From: Campylobacterales bacterium
GTDB lineage: Bacteria > Campylobacterota > Campylobacteria > Campylobacterales > Nitratiruptoraceae
DNA: 64,000 nt
Direction of reading: 5' to 3'
NCBI GenBank assembly: GCA_027082175.1
Contig: JALWIX010000013.1
Location: 5,405-69,404 of the forward strand
Shown here: positions 30,001-40,542 of the stretch, one piece after another
Layout: every line of letters begins with the position of its first letter
Numbering within the stretch: the stretch's first letter is position 1
Program-made: the position numbers and the translations under genes
The notes under the pieces: generated by a model
Told to the model about the DNA's origin: nothing
What the model saw: only the letters and a program-made list of their open reading frames with translations
Databases searched by the model: none

Positions 30001-32217
30001 TTATTTATGACTAATCTCCTCTTTATGTTTACATTTTATGCACTCTAACACCTCTTTGTTTCTGTATGTTCTTTTAGCCGTTATATATCCGCATTTAGGA
30101 CATTTTGACGTAGTTGGTTCAAATTTGGATATAAAAGTACATTTTGGATAGTTGGCGCATCCAAAAAATTTGCCTCTTTTTGAATATCTCTCGACTATTT
30201 CTCCTCCGCATTCGGGACATTTTACGTCAAGCTTTTTAGGCTGATTTAGAGGTTTTGTGTTTTTACATTTTGGATATGCGCTACAAGCTAAAAATTTTCC
30301 TCTAGGACCGCTTTTAATAACCATAGGTGAGCCGCATTTATCGCATATCTCTTCGCTTTTTTCTTCATTTTTTTCTTCGCTTGTTTTCTCTTCATCAATC
30401 TGTTCGGTATATTTGCATTTCGGAAAAGCGCTACAAGCTATAAACTCCCCGAATCTCCCGCTTCTTTTTATAAGTTCCGCTCCGCATTCCGGGCAATTTC
30501 TGCCTACCGGTATAGCTATTTTTTGACTTTTTATCTCTCTTTTTCCTTTTTCTATCTGAGCTATGAACGGCTCGTAAAATTCGGCTAAAACTTTTTGCCA
30601 ATCTTTTTTGGCTTCGGCGATTTCGTCCAGCTCTTCTTCCATTTTTGCGGTAAATGAGCTATCGACTATATTTGGAAAATGCTCTTCTAAAATCTCAATA
30701 ACTTTAAATGCAATATCCGTTGGTTTGAGCTGTTTTTTTTCTATCTCTATATAGTTTCTGGCTTGAAGTAGAGCAATAGTCGGAGCGTAAGTGCTTGGTC
30801 TTCCTATGCCAAGCGATTCTAGTTTTTTAATAAGGCTAGCTTCGGAGTATCTGCTTGGAGGCTCCGTAAAATGCTGAATAGCCTCTAATTTTGTTAAACT
30901 TACTTTTTCACCCTCTTTTAGCTCAGGTAAAAGTTTCTCTTTTTCCGCTCCTCCCAAAATTTTATAAAAACCGTCAAAAACAAGCTTTCTGCCGCTTGCT
31001 TTGAAAACTCCGTCGTCTGAAGCAAAGTATATTGTTTGAGTTTCAAAGATAGCGTCTTTTGCCTGAGAGGCAAGAAATCTGTTATAGATTAGAGTATATA
31101 GTTTTAATTCATCTTTATTAAGAAACTGTGCGGCAATCTGGGGGGTAAAATCTATCATTGTAGGTCTAATGGCTTCATGCGCCTCTTGCGCACCTTTGTT
31201 TTTTGTTGTATAGATTTTGGGTTTTTCCGGCAAATACTCTTTCGAAAAACTTTTTTCTATCTTTTCTCTTGCGGCCTCTACCGCCTCTTTTGCAATATTT
31301 AGGCTATCGGTTCTCATGTATGTGATAATACCGGTAATTCCTTTGTCGGTTTGAACTCCCTCATAAAGTTTTTGGGCGATCATCATTGTCTTTTTAGGAC
31401 TAAAGCCAAGTTGTGTGGAGGCGCTCTGCTGCAAAGTGGATGTCATAAAAGGAGGAGGCGATTTGGTAATTCTCTGTTTTTTTTCTATTTTCGCGACTCT
31501 GAACTCTTCATCTTTTAGGATTTCAACAATCTTTTGCGCCTCTTCTTGTTTTTTGATGGAGAGTTTTTCTATCTTTTCTCCTTGAAACTTTATAAGTTGA
31601 CTCTCAATACTTTCGTTAAAAACTGCTTCAATACTCCAGTACTCTTCAGGAACGAAAGCTTTTATCTCCCTTTCTCTATCTACTACCAGTTTTAGCGCGG
31701 CACTTTGGACTCTACCGGCGCTTAACCCCCTTTGGATTTTAGAAGATAAAAGAGGAGATAGTTTATAACCCACTATTCTATCGAGAAGTCTTCTAGCTTG
31801 CTGTGCGTTAACTCTATCCATATCGATAGTTCTAGGGTTTTCCAAAGCTTTTTTTATAGCGTTTTTTGTGATTTCGTGAAAGACGATTCTAGGAAGTTTT
31901 TCGGGCTCTTTTCCTATGGCTTTTGCTATATGGTATCCGATAGCCTCTCCTTCTCTATCCTCATCTGTGGCTATATAGACTGTAGAGCTCTTTTTTGCAA
32001 GGTCTTTTATCTCTTTTACGATCTTTGAATGCTCTTTGTCAACTCTATATTGAGGCTCAAAACGCCCCTGTTCTATTTTGATTCCGAAACTGCTTTTTGG
32101 GAGGTCTCTTATGTGACCTTTTGAAGCTATAACTTCATAATCTTTACCCAAAAAATTTTTTATAGTTCTCGCTTTCGCTGGTGATTCTACTATGATTAGA
32201 CTCTTTTGGTTAGCCAC
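30001..32217 (-). CDS. topA: DNA topoisomerase I
   Basis: IVESPAK, ATDEDREGE, SAGRVQS, YMRTDS and GIGRPSTY motifs; C-terminal Zn ribbons; GTG start. Confidence 0.98.
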   Translation of the reverse strand: MANQKSLIIVESPAKARTIKNFLGKDYEVIASKGHIRDLPKSSFGIKIEQGRFEPQYRVDKEHSKIVKEIKDLAKKSSTVYIATDEDREGEAIGYHIAKAIGKEPEKLPRIVFHEITKNAIKKALENPRTIDMDRVNAQQARRLLDRIVGYKLSPLLSSKIQRGLSAGRVQSAALKLVVDREREIKAFVPEEYWSIEAVFNESIESQLIKFQGEKIEKLSIKKQEEAQKIVEILKDEEFRVAKIEKKQRITKSPPPFMTSTLQQSASTQLGFSPKKTMMIAQKLYEGVQTDKGITGIITYMRTDSLNIAKEAVEAAREKIEKSFSKEYLPEKPKIYTTKNKGAQEAHEAIRPTMIDFTPQIAAQFLNKDELKLYTLIYNRFLASQAKDAIFETQTIYFASDDGVFKASGRKLVFDGFYKILGGAEKEKLLPELKEGEKVSLTKLEAIQHFTEPPSRYSEASLIKKLESLGIGRPSTYAPTIALLQARNYIEIEKKQLKPTDIAFKVIEILEEHFPNIVDSSFTAKMEEELDEIAEAKKDWQKVLAEFYEPFIAQIEKGKREIKSQKIAIPVGRNCPECGAELIKRSGRFGEFIACSAFPKCKYTEQIDEEKTSEEKNEEKSEEICDKCGSPMVIKSGPRGKFLACSAYPKCKNTKPLNQPKKLDVKCPECGGEIVERYSKRGKFFGCANYPKCTFISKFEPTTSKCPKCGYITAKRTYRNKEVLECIKCKHKEEISHK

Positions 32218-32326
32218 TTTTTTGCCTTTTAAATTTGTTTGCCTCTAAATTATCAACACTTTTGGTTGCAATTCTAACATATTTGATTATTTTTGTATAA
32301 TTTTCCAAAAGAGTATAGGAGTAATT

Positions 32327-33154
32327 TTGAAAGCGCAGATTGAAAACTATTTGGAAAGAGAGTGTGCTTTTATTATGAATTCGCAACTTGCTTTTTTGGC
32401 ACTCTTAAAGGTTATGGATATAAAAAAAATCTCTATACCGGCTAACGCTCCATTTTGGTTCGCAACTATACCTAAATTTTTAGGAATAGATATTGAGTTA
32501 AAAGATATCAATCTGGATTTTTCTTCAAAAAGCGATATCCAAAATCTCTTCTTTGAGAGTTTTGAACCAAAAGAGGGAATGATCGGATATCAAAATTTTG
32601 GCGAGATTTTGGGGAAGTTTAAAGTCTCTTTGCTGGAAGCCGAAAATTTTTGCGCAGTTGTAAGCAATGAGGAGGTTTTAATAAAAGAGTTGAAGAAATT
32701 TATTGATAGCGGCGTTAAAAAAGGAAGGCTTTGGAATTTTGATATAGAGACAATAGGAGTTGATATAAAGGCTAAAAATTTAGTTATGCCCGATATTAAA
32801 AAAATAGAGGAACAAAAAGAGATAGTGGATTTTTTTGAGAAAGCTTTTAATAAAAGCAGATATCTAGATATTTTGAAGATATCATCAAAAACAATTAAAA
32901 CTCACTATCCGATTCTTTTGAAACCCGAACTTTACTGTCCTAAAGAAGATATAATATCGGCTTTGATTAAAAGAGGATTTGATTTGAGGGTTCACTTTAA
33001 ACCCATATATCGACTCTCCGTTATGAGAGGAGATTTTTTGCCGATCAGCGAAGAGGTATATAAAGCCCAGATATCTTTGCCATACACAAAAGAAGTTTTA
33101 GAGCCTTTTTTGGAAATTTTGGAAAAATACAGCTATAGAGGCTGCAGTTTTTAA
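32327..33154 (+). CDS. Degenerate DegT/DnrJ/EryC1/StrS-like aminotransferase homologue
   Basis: C-terminal HYPILL, VHFKPIYR, SEEVYKAQISLP and N-terminal NSQLAFLALL resemble the family; catalytic motifs are not visible. Confidence 0.6.
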   Translation: MKAQIENYLERECAFIMNSQLAFLALLKVMDIKKISIPANAPFWFATIPKFLGIDIELKDINLDFSSKSDIQNLFFESFEPKEGMIGYQNFGEILGKFKVSLLEAENFCAVVSNEEVLIKELKKFIDSGVKKGRLWNFDIETIGVDIKAKNLVMPDIKKIEEQKEIVDFFEKAFNKSRYLDILKISSKTIKTHYPILLKPELYCPKEDIISALIKRGFDLRVHFKPIYRLSVMRGDFLPISEEVYKAQISLPYTKEVLEPFLEILEKYSYRGCSF

Positions 33155-33163
33155 AGGAGCGCA

Positions 33164-34105
33164 ATGTATGTGTTTGCAGATAGACTCTACCGAAAGGGAG
33201 AAGAGGATATTGAGCTTGTTAAAAATGAAAAACAGATAGTTTTTAGCTCAGCAAAAAATAGAAAAATAATAGAGTGGCTTTTGAAAAACGGTTTTCACGA
33301 AACATTTATTGAGGATATCCAAAGTGAAGACCAAAGTGTCGCTTATGAGGAGAATGAAGGATTTAAACTTATAATTTTGAAATATTTCAGTCCTTCAAAA
33401 GAGAATGAACTGTTGTTTGAAGATAACAATATAGTTATGATTATTACTAAAGATAAACTTCTTTTTCTTTCCGATTTTGAAGATGTTATAAAAAAGATGG
33501 TTTCTAAGTTTTACAAAAGATACAAGCCTGATGACTCCATTGAGTATTTGACATATACTATATTGGATATCTTGATAGACAACACTATGAACATAGTGGA
33601 TTTGATAGACGATAAGTTGGAAGAGATTGAGGATATTATCTTTAAAAAGGAGCTTGATGAAGAGGAGATACAAAAAAATCTCTATTTTGCAAGAAGAAGT
33701 TTAAATAGAATTGCAAAACAGAGTGTTTTTGAAAATGACGTTATTAATAAACTATATAATCATTATCCTACGCAGATAAGGAAAAAACTGAAGTTTGAAT
33801 TTATAGATTTAAAGGAGCATCTAAACTTTTTGATAAACGAATCAAAAACATATCTGGATAGAACAGGATATCTTCAAAATCTTTTGATGGGGTTTATATC
33901 AAACAGAATGAATCAAGCTATGCAAAGATTGGCCGCTATATCTATTATATTTTTACCCCTTACTTTTATAGTTGGAAATTACGGGATGAATTTTAGATAT
34001 ATGCCCGAACTTAACTGGGAGTACGGATACGTTTTTGTCTGGATATTAAATCTGGGGCTTGGATTTGTTATATATAGATGGTTAAAAAAGAAGCAGTGGA
34101 TTTAG
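33164..34105 (+). CDS. CorA-family Mg2+/Co2+ transporter
   Basis: FLPLTFIVGNYGMNF signature; two C-terminal TM helices. Confidence 0.92.
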   Translation: MYVFADRLYRKGEEDIELVKNEKQIVFSSAKNRKIIEWLLKNGFHETFIEDIQSEDQSVAYEENEGFKLIILKYFSPSKENELLFEDNNIVMIITKDKLLFLSDFEDVIKKMVSKFYKRYKPDDSIEYLTYTILDILIDNTMNIVDLIDDKLEEIEDIIFKKELDEEEIQKNLYFARRSLNRIAKQSVFENDVINKLYNHYPTQIRKKLKFEFIDLKEHLNFLINESKTYLDRTGYLQNLLMGFISNRMNQAMQRLAAISIIFLPLTFIVGNYGMNFRYMPELNWEYGYVFVWILNLGLGFVIYRWLKKKQWI

Positions 34106-35887
34106 ATGTGCGCTATATTTGGAATTGTAGGAGAGTATGAGCTAAAAGAGGCCCAAAAGGCTCTTTTGTTAATGAGTCACAGGGGACCAGATTTTAGCTC
34201 TTATATAGCCGGTAAAAACTTTTTCTTAGGACATAATAGACTAAGTGTCATAGATCTGAACGATGAAGCAAATCAACCTATGGTTTATGAAGATATAGCC
34301 GTTTCGTTTAACGGCGAAATCTATAATTATAAAGAGCTTCAAAAACTCCCTTTCCCTTTTAAAACCGATAGCGATACAGAAACTATTATAGCGGCTTTTA
34401 AGATTTATGGATTGGATTTTGTAAAATATCTTAGAGGAATGTTTGCTATAGCTTTAAAAAAGGGCGAGACTTACTATCTTTTTAGGGATAGATTCGGCAA
34501 AAAACCTCTTTTTTATTATAAAGATGAGAAAAGGTTTATATTTTCCTCTGAGATAAAGGCAATACTCCCCTTTGTAAAGAAGGAGCCAAATTTTGACACC
34601 CTCTCTTGTTATCTATCTTTTGGCGCTTCAATATCCTCTGATACTTTTTACAAAAATATAAAAAAATTGCCTGCCGGACACTTTTTAATATATAAAGACT
34701 CTAAAATGGAGATAAAAAAATATTACGATTTTTTAAAAGAGCCATCAATTTTCGATGAGGATGAGGCCGTAAAAAAGATAGAAGAGACTATTTTGAAATC
34801 GGTTATGTATAGGATGATTGCGGATGTTGAGATAGCCTCTTTGCTCAGCGGCGGAGTTGATAGCTCTTTAGTGAGCGCCATAGCCTCCAAAAGAGGAAAA
34901 ATCAAGACTTTTTCTATAGGATATAAAGATTTTCCCAAATACAGCGAGTTAAAATATGCAAAAGAGGCGGCAAAACATATAAAAAGCGAGCATTTTGAAA
35001 TATTTATGGATAAAAAAGCGTTTTTAGATACTTTGGATAAGAGTTTTTATGCTCTTGAAGAACCTCTTGGAGACCCAGCGTCAATTCCTTTGACATATCT
35101 TTTTAAAAATATAAAAGCCAAAGGTATAAAGGCGGTTTTAAGCGGTGAGGGGGGTGATGAGCTTTTTATGGGTTATAGACAATATTTTGAGTTTTTGGAT
35201 ATTGAAAAAGCGAAAGACTTAAAATATAAAAGTTGGCTAAAAAACTATTTTCGCTCGAATTTTTCATTAAATAAAGAGTGGGAGTGGTATAAAAGAGTTT
35301 TTGAAGAGACTCCTCTTTTTAGAACAACAGGAGAAGTTTTTACCGATCTGCAAAAGAATATCTTTTTAAAACGAAACATAAAAGATAACGACTCTTTGGA
35401 GTGCATAAAAAATTATCTCTACTATGAATCTTTGTCCCTTCACCCATTAATATGGTATAGTTACATCGATATCAAGGTTCATTTAGGAGAACTTTTCTTT
35501 ACGAAACTTGATCGTTCTTCTATGATAAATTCGGTTGAGGCAAGAACTCCTCTGATTGATCAAGAACTTGTTGAACTCTCGTTTAGAATTGATCCAAATC
35601 TGAAAATTAAAGAGCAAGAGAGCAAATATCTGCTTAAAAAAGTTGCTTTAAAGTATCTTCCAAAAGAGATTGTTTATAGGAAGAAAAAAGGGTTTTCATA
35701 CCCTTTTATAGAGTGGCTTATTGAATCGAAAGAGATAGATAAAATCAAAAAAATAAATAAAAAAACCGATATTTTTAAAAGCGAAGAGGTAGACTTTTTA
35801 CTCTCAAAAATAAAAAAAGGCAAGTTTTCTCGTCACGGATGGCTTATTTACGCTTTTAGCGTATGGATGGAGAGAGAGTTTTTATAA
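34106..35887 (+). CDS. asnB: Asparagine synthase (glutamine-hydrolysing) family amidotransferase
   Basis: N-terminal Cys; HRGPD, HNRLSVID, FNGEIYN, RDRFGKKPL, LSGGVDSS and SGEGGDELF motifs. Confidence 0.9.
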   Translation: MCAIFGIVGEYELKEAQKALLLMSHRGPDFSSYIAGKNFFLGHNRLSVIDLNDEANQPMVYEDIAVSFNGEIYNYKELQKLPFPFKTDSDTETIIAAFKIYGLDFVKYLRGMFAIALKKGETYYLFRDRFGKKPLFYYKDEKRFIFSSEIKAILPFVKKEPNFDTLSCYLSFGASISSDTFYKNIKKLPAGHFLIYKDSKMEIKKYYDFLKEPSIFDEDEAVKKIEETILKSVMYRMIADVEIASLLSGGVDSSLVSAIASKRGKIKTFSIGYKDFPKYSELKYAKEAAKHIKSEHFEIFMDKKAFLDTLDKSFYALEEPLGDPASIPLTYLFKNIKAKGIKAVLSGEGGDELFMGYRQYFEFLDIEKAKDLKYKSWLKNYFRSNFSLNKEWEWYKRVFEETPLFRTTGEVFTDLQKNIFLKRNIKDNDSLECIKNYLYYESLSLHPLIWYSYIDIKVHLGELFFTKLDRSSMINSVEARTPLIDQELVELSFRIDPNLKIKEQESKYLLKKVALKYLPKEIVYRKKKGFSYPFIEWLIESKEIDKIKKINKKTDIFKSEEVDFLLSKIKKGKFSRHGWLIYAFSVWMEREFL

Positions 35888-35983
35888 GAGCATTGTTTAA
35901 ATCCGGGTTAAAATTATTTCGGTGCGATTTATTGATTGTTGTTAAAACTTAAGTTTTTGGATATTATAAAATTTTAGATGAAA

Positions 35984-36667
35984 CTATTCGTAAAATCTTA
36001 CAAACTCATTTAGAGATATCCTATCTGTTCTAAAGCTATTTATTGGAGCCTCTTTATCTTCATATCCTAGCGCAATACCGCAAAGTAAAATTTTATCTTT
36101 GTCAATATTTAGCTCCTCTTTTACAATGGATGGATATTCTGCCAAAGAAGCCATTGGACAGCTGCCGAGTCCAACTTGCGTAGCCGTAAGCATAATTGAT
36201 TGTAAAAACATTCCGTAATCTAAAAATGAGCCTTTTCCCAACGAAGAATCCATAAAAAAATATAAAACCACAGGAGCTCCAAACGCTCTATAGTTTTCTT
36301 TCCACTGCTCTTTTTGTTTGACTTTATCATCTTTTTTTATTCCTAAAGCGTTGTATAACAAAAACCCAACCTCTTTTCTCCTGCTTTTATATGGTTCTAT
36401 CCACTTACGAGGATAGTATTGATAATCCATACTCTCTTTTTGGTTACTCTCAAATTTTTCAATCACTCTTTTTTCAATCTGCTGTTTCTTTTTACCGCTA
36501 ACTACACATACCATCCACGGCTGCATATTAACGCCAGATGGAGCATATTTGGCATTTTCTAAAATCTGTTCAATTTTCTCTTTTTCCACAGGCTTATCTA
36601 AAAAGGCTCTTACAGATTTTCTTTTTCTGAGAGATTCGATAACGGTCATCGCTTTTTTCCATATCAA
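35984..36667 (-). CDS. Nitroreductase family protein
   Basis: RKSVRAF, APSGVNMQPW and GLGSCP motifs; true start may be 36649. Confidence 0.9.
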   Translation of the reverse strand: MIWKKAMTVIESLRKRKSVRAFLDKPVEKEKIEQILENAKYAPSGVNMQPWMVCVVSGKKKQQIEKRVIEKFESNQKESMDYQYYPRKWIEPYKSRRKEVGFLLYNALGIKKDDKVKQKEQWKENYRAFGAPVVLYFFMDSSLGKGSFLDYGMFLQSIMLTATQVGLGSCPMASLAEYPSIVKEELNIDKDKILLCGIALGYEDKEAPINSFRTDRISLNEFVRFYE

Positions 36668-36669
36668 AT

Positions 36670-37230
36670 TTATGACAATATCTTAGGCAGGGTTATGCCC
36701 GTTTGTTTTTGATATTTGCCTCTTTTATCTTTATAGCTTACGCTGCACTCTTCATCTCCCTCAAAAAACAGAACCTGGGCTATGCCTTCGTTTGCGTATA
36801 TTTTGGCTGGAAGTGGAGTAGTGTTTGATATCTCTATTGTAATATGCCCTTCAAATTCCGGCTCAAAGGGAGTAACGTTTACTATAATTCCGCATCTTGC
36901 ATAAGTGCTTTTTCCTAGACATATCGCCAAAACGTTTCTAGGGATTCTAAAATATTCCACGGTTCTAGCAAGTGCAAAAGAGTTTGGTGGAACTATACAT
37001 ACATCTCCTTTGAAATCAACCACGTTTCTCTCGTCAAAATGTTTCGGGTCTACAACTTCCGCGTTTACGTTGGTAAATATCTTAAACTCATCACTTACTC
37101 TTATATCGTATCCATAGCTACTAAGACCGTAGCTTACGACCCCTTTTCCTATTTGTTCTTCGCAAAAAGGTTCTATCATTTTTTCTTTTAACGATTTTTC
37201 TCTTATCCATTTATCAGATTTTAACCCCAT
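36670..37230 (-). CDS. dcd: dCTP deaminase
   Basis: [29 protein letters not shown] and GIAQVLF motifs. Confidence 0.96.
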   Translation of the reverse strand: MGLKSDKWIREKSLKEKMIEPFCEEQIGKGVVSYGLSSYGYDIRVSDEFKIFTNVNAEVVDPKHFDERNVVDFKGDVCIVPPNSFALARTVEYFRIPRNVLAICLGKSTYARCGIIVNVTPFEPEFEGHITIEISNTTPLPAKIYANEGIAQVLFFEGDEECSVSYKDKRGKYQKQTGITLPKILS

Positions 37231-37297
37231 TAAAAGCCTTTTACAGGTAAATTAATCTTTATAAAATTTATGATATTATAGCACATTAAATATTATA

Positions 37298-37365
37298 GGA
37301 ATTGGGAATTTGGAGTTTGGAAATAGTGTTTTTTTCTAAATTCCCAGTTCCAAATTCCTAATTCC
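37298..37365. repeat. Heptamer-armed palindrome, copy 4
   Basis: GGAATTG GGAATTT GGAGTTT GGAAATA ... AAATTCC CAGTTCC AAATTCC TAATTCC; just upstream of the accB RBS. Confidence 0.88.
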
Positions 37366-37383
37366 AAATAGCAAGGATTAAGA

Positions 37384-37848
37384 ATGGATTTTAAAGAGAT
37401 AAAAGAGCTTCTTAAAATTTTTGACAAAAGCGGACTTAGTAAACTTAAAATAAAAGATGAAGATTTTGAGATTTCGTTACAAAAAGGTTTTGATACTCAA
37501 ACCACGCCAGCTCAGCCTCAGACTCAAGTTGTTCAACCTCAGATAGCTCCTGCTAATGCAATTTCGGCAGAGACTAAAGAAGAGAAGATAGAGAGTGAAA
37601 AGAAAAAAGGAGAATATATAACGTCCCCTATGGTTGGAACATTTTACAAAGCTCCAAGCCCAGATAGCCCTCCATTTGTGAAAGTTGGAGACGTTGTTTC
37701 AAAAGGACAGACGATAGGAATTATTGAAGCTATGAAAATTTTCAATGAGATAGAGGCGGAGTATGATTGTAAAATTTTGGAAATCTTAGTAGAAGACGGT
37801 CAGCCTGTAGAGTATGATATGCCACTATTTTTGGTAGAGAGGCTATAG
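37384..37848 (+). CDS. accB: Acetyl-CoA carboxylase biotin carboxyl carrier protein
   Basis: SPMVGTFY and EAMK biotinylation motif. Confidence 0.97.
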   Translation: MDFKEIKELLKIFDKSGLSKLKIKDEDFEISLQKGFDTQTTPAQPQTQVVQPQIAPANAISAETKEEKIESEKKKGEYITSPMVGTFYKAPSPDSPPFVKVGDVVSKGQTIGIIEAMKIFNEIEAEYDCKILEILVEDGQPVEYDMPLFLVERL

Positions 37849-39192
37849 ATGGGAAAAATAAACAAGATACTTATAGCAAACAGAGGCGAAATAGCCTTAA
37901 GAGCCATTAGAACCATTAAAGAGATGGGTAAAGAGGCTATCGCTATATATTCTAGTGCCGATAAGGACGCTCACTATCTAAATCTGGCCGATGCGGCTAT
38001 CTGTATAGGTTCTGAGAAGAGTTCGGATAGTTATCTAAACATACCGGCAATCATTAGCGCGGCTGAGATCAGCGAATGCGACGCGGTTTTTCCCGGTTAT
38101 GGATTTTTAAGTGAAAATCAGCAGTTTGTAGAGATTTGCAATCTTCACAATATAAAGTTTATCGGCCCCTCTTTAGATGTTATGGTTATGATGAGCGATA
38201 AATCGAAAGCCAAAGAGGTGATGAGAGAGGCTGGAGTTCCGGTTATTCCAGGCAGCGAAGGAGCAATAAAAGATGTTGAAGACGCAAAACAGAGGGCTAA
38301 AGAGATAGGGTATCCCGTGATTTTAAAAGCGGCCGCAGGCGGCGGCGGAAAAGGGATGAGGGTTGTAGAGGACGAGAGTTATATTGAAAACGCTTTTTTA
38401 GCCGCTGAATCGGAAGCGATAAGCTCTTTTGGGGATGGCACTATCTACATGGAAAAATTTATAAAAAATCCTAGGCACATAGAAGTTCAGATATTAGCGG
38501 ACTCTCATGGAAACGTTGTTCATTTGGGCGAGAGAGATTGCTCTTTACAAAGAAGACACCAAAAGATGTTAGAAGAGTCTCCCGCTATTCTTCTTGATGA
38601 GGAAACAAGAGAGAAACTTTTAGATACTGCCGTAAAAGCCGCTAAATATATAAATTATGAAGGGGCGGGAACAATAGAGTTTTTGGTTGATAGCGATAAA
38701 AACTTTTACTTTATGGAGATGAACACAAGACTTCAGGTAGAACACCCAGTTAGCGAAATGGTAAGCGGAATAGACATTATAGAGTGGATGATAAGAGTAG
38801 CCGAAGGAGAAAAACTCTTTTCTCAAGACGAGGTTGAGCTAAAAGGGCATGCAATAGAGTGTAGAATCAACGCGGAAGACCCTCAAAAGTTTATCCCGAG
38901 TCCAGGAAAGATAAAAACCTGGATACAGCCGGGAGGTAAAGATGTTAGAATGGATACTCACGCGTATGCCGGATATATTGTTCCGCCATATTACGACTCT
39001 ATGATTGCCAAACTGATAGTTTGGGGAGAAAATAGAGAAAAAGCTATAGCCAAAATGAGAAGGGCGTTGGAAGAGTTTGAGGTTACGGGCATAAAGACTA
39101 CTATAGACTTTCATAAAAAGATGATGGAAAATCCGGATTTTATATCCAACAATTACGATACGAAATATATAGACGAGAAGTTTTTGAAGTGA
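37849..39192 (+). CDS. accC: Acetyl-CoA carboxylase biotin carboxylase
   Basis: ANRGEIA, PGYGFLSEN, GGGGKGMR, EMNTRLQVEH and YYDSMIAK motifs. Confidence 0.97.
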   Translation: MGKINKILIANRGEIALRAIRTIKEMGKEAIAIYSSADKDAHYLNLADAAICIGSEKSSDSYLNIPAIISAAEISECDAVFPGYGFLSENQQFVEICNLHNIKFIGPSLDVMVMMSDKSKAKEVMREAGVPVIPGSEGAIKDVEDAKQRAKEIGYPVILKAAAGGGGKGMRVVEDESYIENAFLAAESEAISSFGDGTIYMEKFIKNPRHIEVQILADSHGNVVHLGERDCSLQRRHQKMLEESPAILLDEETREKLLDTAVKAAKYINYEGAGTIEFLVDSDKNFYFMEMNTRLQVEHPVSEMVSGIDIIEWMIRVAEGEKLFSQDEVELKGHAIECRINAEDPQKFIPSPGKIKTWIQPGGKDVRMDTHAYAGYIVPPYYDSMIAKLIVWGENREKAIAKMRRALEEFEVTGIKTTIDFHKKMMENPDFISNNYDTKYIDEKFLK

Positions 39193-39201
39193 GTAATGAG
39201 C

Positions 39202-39240
39202 GATAAGTGAGGAATAAGGAGTTATAACTCCTCACTTATC
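39202..39240. terminator. Nested hairpin between convergent accC and dapD (possible bidirectional terminator)
   Basis: GATAAGTGAGGA (39202-39213) pairs with TCCTCACTTATC (39229-39240); internal palindrome GGAGTTATAACTCC. Confidence 0.6.
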
Positions 39241-39257
39241 TTATATGACTTATAACT

Positions 39258-40451
39258 TTAATGCAACTCTTCGTTTAATTTAACTTCTTTGTTGCTTCTA
39301 AATACTTTCATCTGTCCCGTAGTGCTATCTTGTCTAAAGTGCAACCCGTTTAAGCCCGATAATTCTCTTCCTTTAAAGAACTCTTTGTACTCGCTATTCC
39401 ACTCTGGATTGGCTTCTTTGATTTTATCAAAATCTTTTTGACTCATATAAAATTTAGTTCCTTCCAAAACCGCGATACCCGCATCAACAATACATCCATC
39501 GCCTAAAGGGATTCCTGTTACCGAGTTTGCGCCTAGAAGGCAGTTTTCCCCAATACTTATAGGATTTCCGCTAGTTCCGCTAAGCACCCCTAAAATACTA
39601 GCTCCTCCGCCTATATCGCTACCTTTCCCAACAACTGCGCTGGAGCTGATTCTACCTTCTACCATAACCGGTCCCAAAGTTCCAGCATTGAAGTTGATAT
39701 AACTAGCGCCCGGCATTACTGTCGTTCCAGCCGCTAGTTGAGCTCCAAACCTAACTTTAGAGCTATCTAAGATTCTAGTGTTGTCAGCGGGGATGATGTG
39801 TTGCAAAAATCTAGGAAATTTATCAACGCTATCTATTACGGGATATTCGCCTGAAAGTTTGAGTTCAAGCTCGTTTTCTCTTAGCCATTCAAGCTCAATC
39901 GGAGTATTTCCGCTCCAGGCCACATTTTTGAGTATTCCAAACGCTCCATTTAGGTTTACGCCTCTTAATGGAGCTTTTCCTAAAGATAGGGCATAAAGTT
40001 TTAGATATACGCTCTCTACGCTTTTTGGCGCGTCATCTTCAAATAAAAAAACGATTTTGTAACTATCTTGCTCAACATCGATAACAGTATCTAAATATTT
40101 GATTATTTGAACATTTTTGTGCGCGTCTGCTTTAGCTTCTGTGAGATAAGGAGCAAAAGCGTTTAGACAGTTGTCTACAAATTCCCTTGTTACGTCAAAA
40201 ACCGCTTCACTGCAATTTTTATCAAACTCTAGATTGCACTCATAAAGCGCTTTTAAAAAAACCGCTGCGCTTGCAAAGTTTTCTTTCCAGTTTACTAAGG
40301 GAAAAGTGGCTTGAAGGATAGTCTCTCTGTTTTTTTGTCCTCTATCTACCCTACATATACCAAAACCTAAAGGCTCTTTGTATATATCGCTCTTTTTTAT
40401 CTCTTCTGCAAATTTTGCAAAATCTTCTTTGTTCCCAATTGTGGCTATCAT
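39258..40451 (-). CDS. dapD: Tetrahydrodipicolinate N-succinyltransferase (Helicobacter/Mycobacterium type)
   Basis: YLKLYALS, VDKFPRFL, INFNAGT, VEGRISS, GGGASILG and LLGANS motifs. Confidence 0.92.
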   Translation of the reverse strand: MIATIGNKEDFAKFAEEIKKSDIYKEPLGFGICRVDRGQKNRETILQATFPLVNWKENFASAAVFLKALYECNLEFDKNCSEAVFDVTREFVDNCLNAFAPYLTEAKADAHKNVQIIKYLDTVIDVEQDSYKIVFLFEDDAPKSVESVYLKLYALSLGKAPLRGVNLNGAFGILKNVAWSGNTPIELEWLRENELELKLSGEYPVIDSVDKFPRFLQHIIPADNTRILDSSKVRFGAQLAAGTTVMPGASYINFNAGTLGPVMVEGRISSSAVVGKGSDIGGGASILGVLSGTSGNPISIGENCLLGANSVTGIPLGDGCIVDAGIAVLEGTKFYMSQKDFDKIKEANPEWNSEYKEFFKGRELSGLNGLHFRQDSTTGQMKVFRSNKEVKLNEELH

Positions 40452-40470
40452 AAATCTCCTTTTTTATATT

Positions 40471-40542
40471 GTAATGCGTGATACGTAACGCGTGATAAGT
40501 AATTATACTTTGATAAAAAGCGCATCACGTGTCACGCCTTAC
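40471..40542. repeat. Heptamer-armed palindrome of a different unit (GTRAYRC)
   Basis: GTAATGC GTGATAC GTAACGC GTGATAA ... GCATCAC GTGTCAC GCCTTAC. Confidence 0.7.
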
